A DNA stretch of 64,000 bases from assembly GCF_963676685.1 (NCBI RefSeq), contig NC_092345.1, positions 46,500,001-46,564,000 of the forward strand, read 5' to 3'. Shown in pieces: positions 1-12,800 of this stretch (positions are counted from its first letter, which is position 1; each line of letters begins with the position of its first letter). The translations under genes and the position numbers were made by a program. The notes under the pieces are model-generated. The model ran no database searches, had not been told where the DNA came from, and was given only the letters and a program-made list of their open reading frames with translations. This stretch comes from Mytilus edulis (taxonomy: Eukaryota).

Positions 1-932
1 GTATGTAGATTCTTCATTTTTGGTCCTGTTTTCAAATTGGTCTACACTAAAGTCCAAAGGGTCCAAAATTAAACTTAGTCTGATTTTAACAAAAATTGAA
101 ATCTTGGGGTTCTTTGATATGCTGAATCCAAAAATGTACTTAGATTTTTTATTATGGGCCCAGTTTTCAAGTTGGTCCAAATCAGGATCTAAAATTATTA
201 TATTAAGTATTGTGCAATAGCAAGTCTTTTCAATTGCACAGTATTGCGCAATGGCAAGAAATATCTAATTGCACAATATTGTGAAATAGCAAATTTTTTT
301 TTAATTAGAGTTATCTTTCTTTGTCCAGAATAGTAAGCAAGAAATATCTAATTGCAAAATATTGTGCAATAGCAAGATTTTTTTTTAATTGGAGTTATCT
401 TTCTTTGTCCAGAATCAACTTAAATCTTTGTTATATACAATATACAATGTATATTCACTTTTTACTACCAACTGATAAATTAAAATAATCTTTACCATTC
501 AGTGATAACAAGCAGTTTTTTTACATCTCAATATTTTATGATGTATTTAAATGAGTAGTTATTGTTGCAAACTCCATTAGAAATTTTAATTGAGATTAGT
601 TTTGGAATAAGGGAAAGGGGGATGTGATTAAAAAAATTGGGTTCAATTTTTCTCATTTGAAATTTCATAAATAAAAAAGAAAATTTCTTCAAACATTTTT
701 TTGAGAGAATTAATATTCAACAGCATAGTGAATTGCTCTAAGAGAAAACAAAAATTTTAAGTTCATTAGAACACATTCATTCTGTGTCAGAAACCTATGC
801 TGTGTCAACTATTTAATCACAATCCAAATTTAGAGCTGAATCCAGCTTGAATGTTGTGTCCATACTTGCCCCAACCGTTCAGGGTTCAACCTCTGCGGTC
901 GTATAAAGCTACGCCCTGCGGAGCATCTGGTT
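1..932. mobile_element. 3' part of a non-autonomous interspersed repeat (HINE/Helentron-like) with internal short repeats; runs off the window start
   Basis: Internal imperfect repeats (tattgtgcaatagcaag; gagttatctttctttgtccagaat) and a GC-rich terminal segment ...agctacgccctgcggagcatctggtt ending in a T-rich site. Family assignment is from memory of bivalve repeats. Confidence 0.45.
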
Positions 933-942
933 TATATTTATT

Positions 943-1210
943 TTTATACCCCTCCGTAGCAGAGGGGCATTTAGATTGACCCTTGTCAGTACGTACGAGG
1001 GTACGTACGTACGTCCAACAGTTGTCTACCGTTCTCTAACTTAAGATTGTCACAACCAAATGTTATGAAACTGATACACATTTGTTATTACTACAAAACA
1101 CAGATCAAGTACCAATTTGGATAGCGTTACTATTACCGTTTTTCAGTTATGTCCCTATATAATTTTATATGATGATCAAGTGGGAGTACCTTCATGGACA
1201 TATTACTCAT
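943..1210. mobile_element. Short HINE-like repeat (related copies at ~27420-27820 and ~58170-58560)
   Basis: T-run start, short hairpin (cccctccgtagcagagggg), a gtac/ccgt microsatellite, and the shared core atgaaactgatacaca found in all three copies. Confidence 0.4.
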
Positions 1211-1354
1211 GTATTTAAAACAAATTTCATATATGACACCCCCTAGTTCTGCATTGCCAATTTTTAGGTGTTTTCTAACAGAAAAGTTTGTATTTGTATC
1301 CTTGATACAAGACATATCAAGAAAAGCTGAATTTTATTGATTATTTTTATATAG

Positions 1355-2521
1355 TTTACCCAATATGAGTAACCAGATAAGGTGGAGTCTAGACCTAAGA
1401 TGGCAGAAACCAGACCTTCCAGCAGGATTCTGGGGACTAAAAAGTTCATTATTACTACGCTCAGCAAAAGACCCTGATTATAAAATTGATTGGACCGAAT
1501 TTGATGGTGTAAACAGACGAGAAAAGCAGAGAGATGCTGTGGCTGATGTACTTCCAGTAAGTATTTGGGTTAAGTTGACTAGTCTTTTGTAAATTATCTT
1601 TAGTCACTTCAATCAAACAAGTCTTACGTAAAATTTCAACATGACCAGACTTTTTATAAACTAGAACAGAGATACTTGAATCAAGTGATTCTGAAACTCC
1701 CAAATGGTCTTATTGGTTTAAACTTCCTATTGCAAAATCAAAGGTTTGGTTTTACATTAATGAAAAGTCTTATTAAATCCTGATTTGATTACTGTGCAAA
1801 TGAGATGGTTCTAAGCTGGCGATTCTGAAAAGTTTCTTCCTCAATAGTGCATCATTTCCAACTAAGGAATTAATGTCATACAAGTGAGAGGTTTAAGACA
1901 AGGTTTAATCCACAATTTTCTACATGAGTAAATGCCACTGTTTCCCATTCATTTGATATGTTTGAGCTTTTGATTTTGCCATTTGATAAGGACTTTCCGT
2001 CTTGAATTTTCCTTGGAATCAATATTTTTGCTGTTTTATTTCTTTTGATGTTATAATCGACTCAAATAGACTATAAACATCATATACAAATAATAGTAGT
2101 AATGGACAAAGATTGCATAACACGAAACACTGACAGCTTTGTTGCATTATTTGTATAAAAAACAGGCGAAGATATGAATGGAAGGTTGTGCACCAAATGT
2201 TTGTTTTTAGTATTTGTTAGTCCACGGATATGTTTTGATCTCTGGATATCAGATTTAAATATTTATTCTCCCTTCCAATAGATGAAATACTGTCTTCTCT
2301 ATCGTATTTCATTTTGCCCAAATTATTTTTAATATTCTTGTAACTGTGCGTTCACTGTTCATAATGCTTGCATTGTTTTATAGCCATCAGAGGATTGGGA
2401 TTTTGAGACTGCATTGGAAGGACCTTGGATGAAGAAATGGGAGCTAACACATATGAACAGACATACTGATAAATTGAAAGATGGGATTTCTGTCAGTTGG
2501 CATAACATGACCAAGGCTTAA
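1355..2521 (+). CDS. Last two exons (1355-1556, 2384-2521) of a phytanoyl-CoA dioxygenase (PhyH)-like Fe(II)/2-oxoglutarate dioxygenase gene; 5' exons lie upstream of the window
   Basis: AG/GT-bounded exons join in frame: (S)LPNMSNQIRWSLDLRWQKPDLPAGFWGLK...VADVLP | PSEDWDFETALEGPWMKKWELTHMNRHT...NMTKA*. The (HxS)xxNxSxxxRxS pattern matches the C-terminal 2-OG-binding strand of the PhyH family. TAA stop at 2519-2521. Confidence 0.75.
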
Positions 2522-5179
2522 GACATTTTCCTGCAGCAATTTTATAAATGAAAATTTGTTGATTGAATAATCAAGAAGGAAATATATAATTATTGTTTAA
2601 AAAACATTATTGAAACTTATAAAACTAATTGTACCATATGCAAGCCTTATTTTTTTAGTATTTTTAATAAATATCCAATCACAGTTATTCACATCCCCTT
2701 GAACTTTTGATTATACTTTTATAATCTATGTTTAAATTTTAATACTGTATGCACTGATCAATAGCTACAAATTATTGTCTCAAACTCAAAAGCTATTTAG
2801 GGTGACCATGTTTTCTTGAGTATCAAATAGGAGTGAAATTTAATTGTTTTTCTCAGTTGGGCAATGTCTATATGTTACATAATTGTACAGTAGTAGTATT
2901 AATTACGGATACATAATATGGGTTCAGATTATAGTGTATTTTGCACAATATTTATTTGTTAGAAGACATAAAATGAAGGTAAAATGGATATGAAATGAAA
3001 TGAATTTAAATATTTATTAAATGTACAGGCGTTTGAATTATGAAAATAATAAAACCGGTCAGCCAATTCATTTTTTTTTCATTTCTTTTCAGTTATAAAT
3101 TCGTTATATGATAAAATTTGGAACTGCAAATAATTTGAAATTGTTTTTTTCACAAATGGCCCACAACCCTCTAAGTAAAAGAAGATTACTAATCTTTATG
3201 AAATTGCTATTAAAATTAATTTCAAGTGATAAAAGTTATCAATCTTTCTAATTAAGGCATGTTAGGTGTTCTTGTATCAGACAAATGTTTGATTTCCTCC
3301 TAAAGTTAGAGCAAATTATTATGTGTGCATTGATATCATTACATAACATAGGGCAGAGCGTGATGCTTGTCGTTTAAATGTGAATCTTGTTTTAAACGGA
3401 TAATTTTGTTATGATTTGTCTTTTAAAACTGATATTAGTTTAGTTGATGCTTTCTTAAAGCAGTTGTATGATTTTTGAGTACTTCACGTTGTATTTTCAG
3501 TTAAACATAACTGTATTTTACCTTTTGATTGTCATAAGCAAAATTATATGTCAAGAATCTGTCCGGTTGATGTTGTGCAATGTATATATATTGGTCAGGT
3601 TTATGTCAAATAATGCTCGTTTTATTGATATTATACATTACTTAATATATAGATTTGAGTTTTACAATATGGAAGACACAATACTCGCTATTAACATAAG
3701 TATCAATCAGTACATTCCATTCATGCATTCAGTTGTATAATTTATTAATTTCATTTAAATGTGCACGTAATACAATACTCTTTCTAAGCGGATGTAGCTG
3801 ATAGAACAATAAAAAAAATCAATATTTGTCTCATATTTTTATATTCTTTTTAAATTTTTTTAATGTATTTGAGATTTTCTTCTCCTTTCAAATAAAAGTG
3901 TAAATGTAAACAATTTATCACATGCATAACCTCATCAATATAAACATTATATGGTAGAGTATCATAATGTGTAAATGACAATAAGCCAAATTGTAAAGTA
4001 AAAAATAAATAAACTTTTTTAAGCAGAAAAAAATCAGTCTCCATCATCAATATTCTAAATTATATTTTTATACATTTTTTTCATTTATAAAACAAACCCC
4101 GGAGAATTTGCAAATATAAAAAGTAGAAAATGTCAAAAAAGGTTGTAGCAGAATTACTAAAATAAAAATAAAGTTTTTCCTGTATTTTTAATGAATATCT
4201 AAGATACCAATGTTGTAATTATTGTTTTATTTTCTATGATTAGAAAATAAGATGCAAAAACAATACCTTCTTATACTGTACAATAGTTCATTCATTTTAA
4301 ATTTATATTTAAATAAATGCTTTAAGACCAGAATATGTAATGTAAGTTAATGTACATATTTCAGTACATGACCACTTTGTACACTTGGAGTGGTCCACCT
4401 GTAAGTAGAGTATTTATGATTTACCTCAGATAAATTTGCTTTACTTACACGGTTGGTAGTAGTCAAGTTTTGAAAAACAGTCTTTTTGATCTGATCACGA
4501 TTGAGATATTATGATCAACGTTTGCAGATATTTCTCATGTGATGATTTCAGTTCTGTTCAGATTTTTCTCTTTGCAGTCAATTTCGATATTATTTTCCAC
4601 TGCTACGGACATTAGAATTTTTTGTTTAGGAATTGTTAATTTATTATGCAACTGTAACAATTTGTAAATATGAATTATAATTTAAAATTTGGAAAGGATG
4701 TACCATTTAGATTACAAAGAAGAGCTAGAGCAGTAATGACGTTATCACAAATGGAAATATCTGAATATTAAGTGAAATGTGGGGTAATGAGAATTCTTTA
4801 ATATTCATGGGATAGTAATATTCGTGGATTTCGTGGGTAAAAACGAATCAAGTATTAACATGCTTAATGAAACACAAAATACATGTACGTTTATGTTCCG
4901 ACTTTGTCTAAACCACAAAATTAAATATCCATGAAAGTACAATACGTGAAAGTTGGTGAAAATAAATGAATTCACAATAGATACTTTTGAGATGGAGGGA
5001 AGAAAGAATTACAGTTTTAATTCTTCATTAATTCTTCAATAATGATGGAGGAAAACTTGCAACTATGTCCTGTTCCAGGTTTGAGTTGAGTGTTGTGTCA
5101 TAGATATTAACAATAGAAATTTAACTTCCAAGCCTGCCTCCAAAAGTTCAGGCTTAAAGAAAGTTCAATGCAAGAATGT

Positions 5180-5900
5180 ATAAAGGCAACAGTAGAATAC
5201 CGCTGTTCAAACTCATAAATCCATGGACAAAAACAAAATCGGGGTAACAAACTTAACCTGAGGGAAACGCATAAATATAAGAGGAGAACAACGACACAAC
5301 ACTACAATGTAACACACACAGAAACGGACCAAGCATCAGAAAAAATCCCACGAGAATAACAAATATAACATCAAAACCAAATACATGAATTTGGGATAGA
5401 CAAGTACCGTGACACGTCTTATCGCAATGTCAATTTACACTCAAAAATAAGAGAAAACAAACGACGCAACGTTAAATTGTAACACACATAGAAACGAACT
5501 ATAATATAACAATGGCCATATTCCTGACTTGGTACAGGACATTTTTATAGGACAAAATGGTGGGTTGAACCTGGTTTTGTGGCATGCCAAACCTCCCACT
5601 TTAATGGCAATGTTAAATATAATATTGAAATGACAACATAATATTACAGGACTACAATACAAATAAATAGGAGAACGTATTAGACAAAGAAACACATGAT
5701 TAATGAATAACAAAAAGCATCAGGTTTAAAATTCAATACGCCAAAAACGCGCCTCGTCCACACAAGACTCACCAGTGACGCCCAGATATAAAAGATCGAA
5801 AGCGAGAAAAAGTGCAAAGTTGTACAGCACTGAAGATCAAAAGTTGAAAAAGGTTGTGTCAAATACGGCTATGTTTCTATGCTTGGGATAAGAACATCCT
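5180..5900 (-). repeat. Composite interspersed repeat: PLE-type 3' sequence plus a degenerate hammerhead-bearing unit (5740-5790)
   Basis: 5340-5440 recurs at 6470-6580 next to a PLE RT fragment. The minus strand of 5740-5790 reads cgtca-CTGGTGA-gtct-tgtgt-ggac-GAGG-cgcg, a mutated hammerhead core. Confidence 0.5.
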
Positions 5901-6656
5901 TATTATTAAAAACAATTAATGCTATTGCAAACAGTAAATATTATCAAATGAATATAACATGTATAACAGATATACATAATGAAACTGAAGTATTAACTCG
6001 AGCTCATTACATAAAACAAACACGAATACATAATGCAAATACCAACACAGAATAGACACACCCGACTCAGTCCAGGCCTCAACGCAGTAAATTATGAAAA
6101 TGACGTCACATACGATGGTGAAAAAGGCATTAAAAATTACGTCAATTTGAATATATGAAATTTCTGACACAGCAGAAAAATGACGTCATATATGAAAAAC
6201 TACTCAAAAGTAAGATAGAATTAGGATTGATTAAAGATTATAATAGAACTAAATACTGATATTGCATTTAAACACAATGCATATTGCAATACTTATTGAT
6301 AGCAATTAACTATAATATATATATATATGTCCAGTTTGTTATGAATCCAACTTCAAACGTAAATTATCGTACAGATTACGTTGACCAAAATTAAATCTAA
6401 TAAATGACGGCGGTGATTAATTTTTCTTTCCATAACACATAAATATAATAGAAAAGACGTCAACACATTTGACAAAATCCGATGAGAATTACAAATATAA
6501 CATTACACATTTAAACTAAATACATGAATTTGGGATAGACAAGTACCGTAACACGTCTTATAGTAATGCGAATTCACACTCGGCAAAACAGTCACAATCG
6601 GGAATAAGTCACGTTTGGTAATTAAAAGATTAGACGACATAATGACAAACCACAAT

Positions 6657-6945
6657 TTACCATGTGGTAAAAATGTCCTTAGCTAGTTTGGTTAAAGACA
6701 CATCGTATGGATCCACCAATTCGTGATGGTGTCCATAAAATTTACGGAGTGTCAATTTTAATCTGTCCTCCTCATAACTTTGTTTAAGAAGTTTCTGCGT
6801 AAGAAGCACACTCCTGTATATGAAGTCCGTATAGTGTGAACATACACGTGAATAACGTATCAATTGTGATATGTAAACACCATACGAAGGGGCAGATGGT
6901 ATGTTACTGCTGAGAAATGGAAAATTGATAATTGGGAAATTGATA
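6657..6945 (-). mobile_element. Penelope-like retroelement RT C-terminal fragment (5'-truncated)
   Basis: Minus-strand translation ...FPIINFPFLSSNIPSAPSYGVYISQLIRYSRVCSHYTDFIYRS..LTQKLLKQSY...LRKFYGHHHELVDPY; same family as 47552-48000. Confidence 0.75.
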
Positions 6946-7042
6946 ACTGTGAAATTGATAACTGTGAAAGGTGAGTTTGAAGTGAATCAAATTAGATAGT
7001 TAAATAACGCTTACAAATACAACCGACAAATTGTGCCTGTTC

Positions 7043-7204
7043 CGATTATCAGGTTGTCTGCGTATTGATATTGTAAAATATCAGCTGCGAGTCACAATAT
7101 GAACTTTTTGTCGGGTGAGCGCAGCGAACGAGATCTAAAAGCCTTCATATTGTGTCGAGCGGCTGATATTTTACAATATCAATATTCAGATTACCTGATA
7201 ATCG
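7043..7204. repeat. Long imperfect palindrome (~60-bp arms, ~40-nt spacer)
   Basis: cgattatcaggttgtctg..tattgatattgtaaaatatcagc..cacaatatgaa is mirrored by ttcatattgtg..gctgatattttacaatatcaata..cagattacctgataatcg. Confidence 0.85.
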
Positions 7205-7640
7205 ATTTATCGGGCTGTATTTGTGTCTTTTGGAAGTGTTTTTCTTTGTTTCACCAGCAAACCGGAAGATGACTTGATATGTTGGGGTCAAACTCATCAA
7301 CGTCAGTCCAAACATTATGACGTCGCTGATATATCCGGGTCAAAGTTATAAAGGCCGGGTCAACGTATTTGACGTCACAAAGCCTTGATGCAATTTTATT
7401 AAGAGCTGCGCAGAGTGATATAGACAGTTGGACGACCGATAAAGATCTAGATGGTTATAGTTCTCAAAAGTTTGAGAGTGTTTACAAGATATGTGACAAC
7501 CGCAATTGTCAAAGTGAAGATAACTTGGGGATGAATGAGACTTCTGTCAAATTACTCTAATGGACTGAATTGTGTTTTTTTTAAGGTATCATGGTAGTAT
7601 ATAAACTCATCATAGATACCAGGACTAAATTTTGTATATA

Positions 7641-7678
7641 CGCCAGACGCGCGTTACGTCTACAAAAGACTCATCAGT
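7641..7678 (-). ncRNA. Minimal type-I hammerhead ribozyme, mutated and truncated copy
   Basis: Minus strand: CTGATGA-gtct-tttgt-agac-GTAA-c-gcgc-GTC-tggcg. GAAA is changed to GTAA and the 5' arm of stem I is truncated. Confidence 0.65.
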
Positions 7679-8293
7679 ATACATGTGTTCTGAAATCTCA
7701 CAATTCAGGTATAAATAAAGGCGACAACAGCTACCGATAATAAAAAAAAGTCAGGAAATCAGATTGAAACTTAACGAAATATCACAAAGTTCAAACAGAA
7801 CGACACTTGGTGCGTCGATAGGTTATGTATCTCTTGGACATGCTCTGCATGCATCATACGCCACACGATTCTAATATCACATGAGGTTAATAAATAGATC
7901 ATATTAAACCCGGGAACATGGCAACGCCGATAATTGTGTGAGTTTACACATAAAACAGTATAAATTATGTCAGCACTAACATAATGTTATATTTGATATT
8001 AATATTAAAACTCTGTAAAGATAAACAAAAGTACATAATTGCAATAGAGATTCAAAGATGAGGGTAGATGAGCAGTCAAGAGATAATGACAGCTGAAAAG
8101 CAGAATATCACCATCTGTAAGTAATAATCATTTCTTCCGTGAAACCAGTGACTGTCAGAAAAGTCTGAATGGGTAAGAGCAGTCACGCTGAAGAGATAGC
8201 TGACAGCTTAGAACAGATTGGTTTGGGCACTCATGGTCAGCTACTCTAAGTGTGGTTTCCGTGAGAGGACACCAGAGACAGCTATAACTCAGA

Positions 8294-8620
8294 ATGAGGA
8301 AGTATTCTCACAGTCTCCCGAGTGGGGAGGATAAGAGGCTCAATCAAACAAATCAAACGACAACGGCTTGGTAACAAGAAACGACAAACGACACAGATGG
8401 TGCAAACAAAATTGAGTACAGAGAAAGATGAAGCTTAATGTAATTGTGGATAAATCTGCAAGAACAAACTAGCACTTACAGATACACTAGTCAAGGTATG
8501 GATGCAGTCTAGGGACAGTTACAGAACAACTCATATATGTATTTCGTTAGGAGCATGAGAATCCTAGCCAAGACACAAACCACAGCTCAAGGAATCTACC
8601 AACACCAGTGTCATCACACG
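8294..8620 (+). mobile_element. Decayed 5' ORF region of an R2-clade (HERO/NeSL-like) non-LTR retrotransposon
   Basis: From 8439, allowing stops and frameshifts: C-N-C-G-*-I-C-K-N-..L-x-I-H-*-S-R-(M)-G-C, resembling the CxCGKxCKNxxGLKIHQxRMxC zinc finger. Followed by ENPSQDTNHSSRNL. Locally higher GC. Confidence 0.45.
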
Positions 8621-9844
8621 ACAGCAGCCAAAGCTTGAATTATGAGGAGCTTTTCAATATCCATGAACCGATTTAACTGAAACAAATCTGAGTCACAACC
8701 GAGGGAAACACATGAACTTTAAAAAGAAAACAACGGAACAACAGAAACACTTTTACAAAAGAAAAGCTAACATACATACAAACGGACTCTATAACAATGG
8801 CCATATTCCTGACTTGTACTGGAGATTGTAGGACAAAGGGTGGGTTGAACCTGGTTTTATGGCTGACCAAACCTCCGTCTATATGGCAATGTTAACAAAC
8901 AGAGATGGCTCGCCCTCCTGCTATCATCAATAGTATATTTTGAAAGAGTTATTCCTTATGTTGGTTTTACCCGACTTTCTTGTCAAAGGTTAAATATATA
9001 ACAATTTTCTTAATTCACACTAGTAAACAATAAACATGTGAATGGCTATAAGTTTGTCCATTGCACCATCGGTCTCTGTCTGTGTCTATGGCCTGTACTT
9101 TTGTTTTAAATATCTTTAAATTTTGTAAGTCAAATACAAGAAGTTGTTATCGCGTATGCATTGAATATTTGGCCTTTCTCATTAGCAATTATACCACATA
9201 TTATTTTTCATATAAGCACATTATATTTTGCTCAGACGGGATGTTATGATCCCTTCCCATAGCATAAATACAGAAAAAACAACATAGAAAAGATATTTCC
9301 ACAATTGTTTTCTATCATGTATTCTTTTTGTCATGACAACCCCTTTACCGAACTGAAATTGCACTTTTCTTCAACCAGAATTACCTCAAAACATGGAGGG
9401 GTGACTTTCGGTACAGTCCTCCAAAAGAGTTTCTCATTATTTTGTTTTGTGTAGGCACATAAGCGATAAAGCTTGTTCTATACAATCTCAAAAGAGAAAA
9501 AAACAGAATTAAGTCATGTACTTGTGAAACCGTTATCTCTCATATCCCATTAGAATACATCATTTATAATTAATGACTTTGAAATGACAATGGATTCAGC
9601 ATTTGTATGCACATTTTTATTGTACCTTTTATAATTGATAAATAACGATTTGTGATTGGAATATAAATAATAGGGGTTAACATTATCTTACAAGGTCAAT
9701 GAAATGGCGAATTTCATCTAAATGAATATAAAATAAAATGTTATTATTTCATAAGGATAAGGTAATAGATAAGACATTCATTCAACACAATTGTAGAATG
9801 ATCGTGACTTATGAATTAAAGTTGGACGTGGATTATACCCAAAC

Positions 9845-12800
9845 ATGTAAGTCATTTACCTTTAGTACTCATTACAATATTGCAAATCTTATAATAAATA
9901 TCACTATTGCGATCACTTTTGTGATAATGATGGTGATCATTGTATCAGATAATAAATTATTTTTAGCACTACTTTCGTAACTGAGGAGGGACGGTTTGTT
10001 GAATTGTTTTTAATTTTAATGATAAATGCAAATATAGCTGCTTCATCTTACAGTAAATTGATGGCAAGATAAATGCTTGAAGGTGACGGTTAATAAGGAC
10101 ATCGATTCGAACGCGCACAATTAATAAAGTATTTTATTTTGTGTAAACACGACCTTTAAATTGCTACTGAGTGGAAACCATTTTATTCAAAATGCTGCAT
10201 TAGAGATTTGCTTCTACTTCCCTAATAAAGTGTACGAGTGCTTAAAAACTTGAATATTCTTCTTATAAATAACATTGCATAGCTATTTTCAATACGGATG
10301 ATTGTACAATTTTATAGTGCATTAAAAAAAATGTATTCATGTTCAGCCTTTATGTGACACAACAAAAGTATAATTTAAATGGAACCTAACTATTTTTATG
10401 TCTGCAAGGATCATTTTTTTAATCTTTACTTTTGTTTCCTCGAATCGTCAATCCTTTACATGTTTGATACTTTTGATTTTATTTTCTATTAAAAAAAAAA
10501 ACCCACAACGCCTCGATAGCCCCGTGGTAGTTTGTTTGCTTTATTTGCGATATTCAGTTTTTTTTTCTTTTTCTTTGAGAAGCTAAGGCAAGCATTTAAG
10601 GATATTAAAGAGCACGGTTTGCCAGCTAAGATTCACAATATTGCCATTGAATATATAGGAAGAGCGTCATGTAGTTCTATGGCCTGTTATCATGTGATAT
10701 AAAACGTTGTGAGACGCCTCCGTGTTTCGGTCTACTTAAATAATTGTTTTTATTTATATTTGTATCAAACTAACAGAAGGCTTGCTATATTTGCAACTAG
10801 ACGTTAAACAGTTATCTATTTGTTCATCTATTTTGAAATATACTCATGATACTGTTACAATTGAAACACATATAACAGAAACAAAAAAGTATTAGCAAAC
10901 ACAACTTAAAATTTTCCTTGATCATAAATCTTCGGGAGAAATGATAACTGTGTCAATACACAATGATAAGGATGCCTAAGTAGGTGCCACAAGTTAGGTT
11001 TGGTACAAATGGAATCCAAAACTTTTTTTTTATTTGTGTTTATATGAAACGTTACTTCTTAAATATATTTGGGTATCACTCGGTTCCTCTCGCGCATGTT
11101 ACACAATTTCTGGAAGTACTTTTAATCGTTTTAGTTAATGTCATTTTTACACCTTGACGCCCTGAAAAATATTTTGTGGACACTGCATGCTGGCAAGTAA
11201 ACCTTTCGTTGCCTTTGTAAGCTGGTCCCTGTTTTGCTTAAAGAGAGGATAAAAAATAAATATTGTGTTAAGAAATTCACCAACTTATCTTAGGAGCGTT
11301 TACCTCGATTACAATGTTTATTGCACGACTAAATGTTTTGTAACTTATTTCTTTTGGTTGTCTCCAGTACAAATCCTTGCTATAATTGCATACCAGTATG
11401 ATACCCTAAAATTAAGAACAACAATAAAAACGATATTAAGTTTTGCCAATATTTTCCCAAACTCCAATATATATGTGTTCGTACATTTGATGTAGTCCAT
11501 ATGATAAAACTGATTTAAAAACGTCTTCAATTCGCTTAATGAACTTAAAAATGTTTAAAATTGTCAAACTCTGGCTTCGTTTATTTTATCGTAATTCTGC
11601 CATCCTTGACTGATATCATACTTTCACCTTGGCACACATAACTTTGAAATAATATGTCAAAACCAGATTTCATTGATACTTATACAAGACTGAAATCTAA
11701 CAAGGACATTATGTTGTTAAGTCAAGAAGAAATCATCCAACAACATCATTATACAACATTCTTTGTTTACTATCTTTAATGAAAACTCTTTGCTAAAAAT
11801 TCGACAATAACAGTATTATTACTTTTGACAATTATAAATGACAACGCCGATAATACAAGTGAACTAAATAGGTCGGTACTTGGAAGTTTCTTAGTTGTTA
11901 TAATTTATTATTTTTTACAGTTTGTCCATGGAAGGGCGTTTGTTTAGGACGCTCACACACTCTAATGTAGCCTTAAGTCCAGTGGTAATTGTTGGTTGTT
12001 GTATGCTACAACTGTTTTATGTTAACTTAAACCAGGCCCTTTGTTTTTGTGGGGCCTACAAAGTTGTAGAAAATTAAACAGATTCGCTTTCAACATCAAA
12101 TTCTTTAAGTATCAAAAAGGAGGAAACTTAAAAAGCCAAACAACATTACAAAAAAAAACATTAAACAGTCAACCACTGACAATTTTACTGATTGCAGACC
12201 GGCACACATTTATGTGGTAGGATAAGATTGTTTTAATCTCACACCTCTCGATCAATGTCTAATAGTATGCATATACATGCAACAGTGATATACCGCAGTT
12301 CAAAAGTCACGTATCGATTAAGAGAAAACAAATCCGGGTTACAAACAATATCATATTCGTTATTGCATTAAACTATTTCAACTGCTTTGGTTGTGTTGCA
12401 TGCATATAAATAGTCATACTATAAAATACACAATCGAATTGTCTAGCAGCATTTATTTTAATTTTTAAAACTGAGGAAATAAAAAGTGTATGCATATCAA
12501 TCTTGGTTTAACTTCACTGATATTATGACAGGATTCTTATTTAATCAGTTCACTACCTTGGGTATTCTATTTTTTCAATATTAATAAGCAGGTTACTGGA
12601 TGAAATATGTATATATCGCGTTTGTGTATAAAAATTCTGTACCTTTAACTGAAGAAACATTTTTATCTAGTAATGTGCCCAACAGTTTTCATTGGCTGTC
12701 TGATTTCTTTTGGTTCTTTCATTATGTGTCATTTTAAACTTATGTAATTGTCATCATTTTTTGTCAGAATTTATTGAATTACAATTATTATTATAATTAT

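Noticed and set aside
2510-2521. Peroxisomal PTS1 on the PhyH-like protein
   Set aside because: C-terminal TKA does not fit the (S/A/C)(K/R/H)(L/M) consensus.
9798-9846. Conserved uORF whose stop overlaps the spliced start codon
   Set aside because: In A the uATG frame ends at T|GA after splicing, but in B it stops after 8 codons, so it is not conserved.
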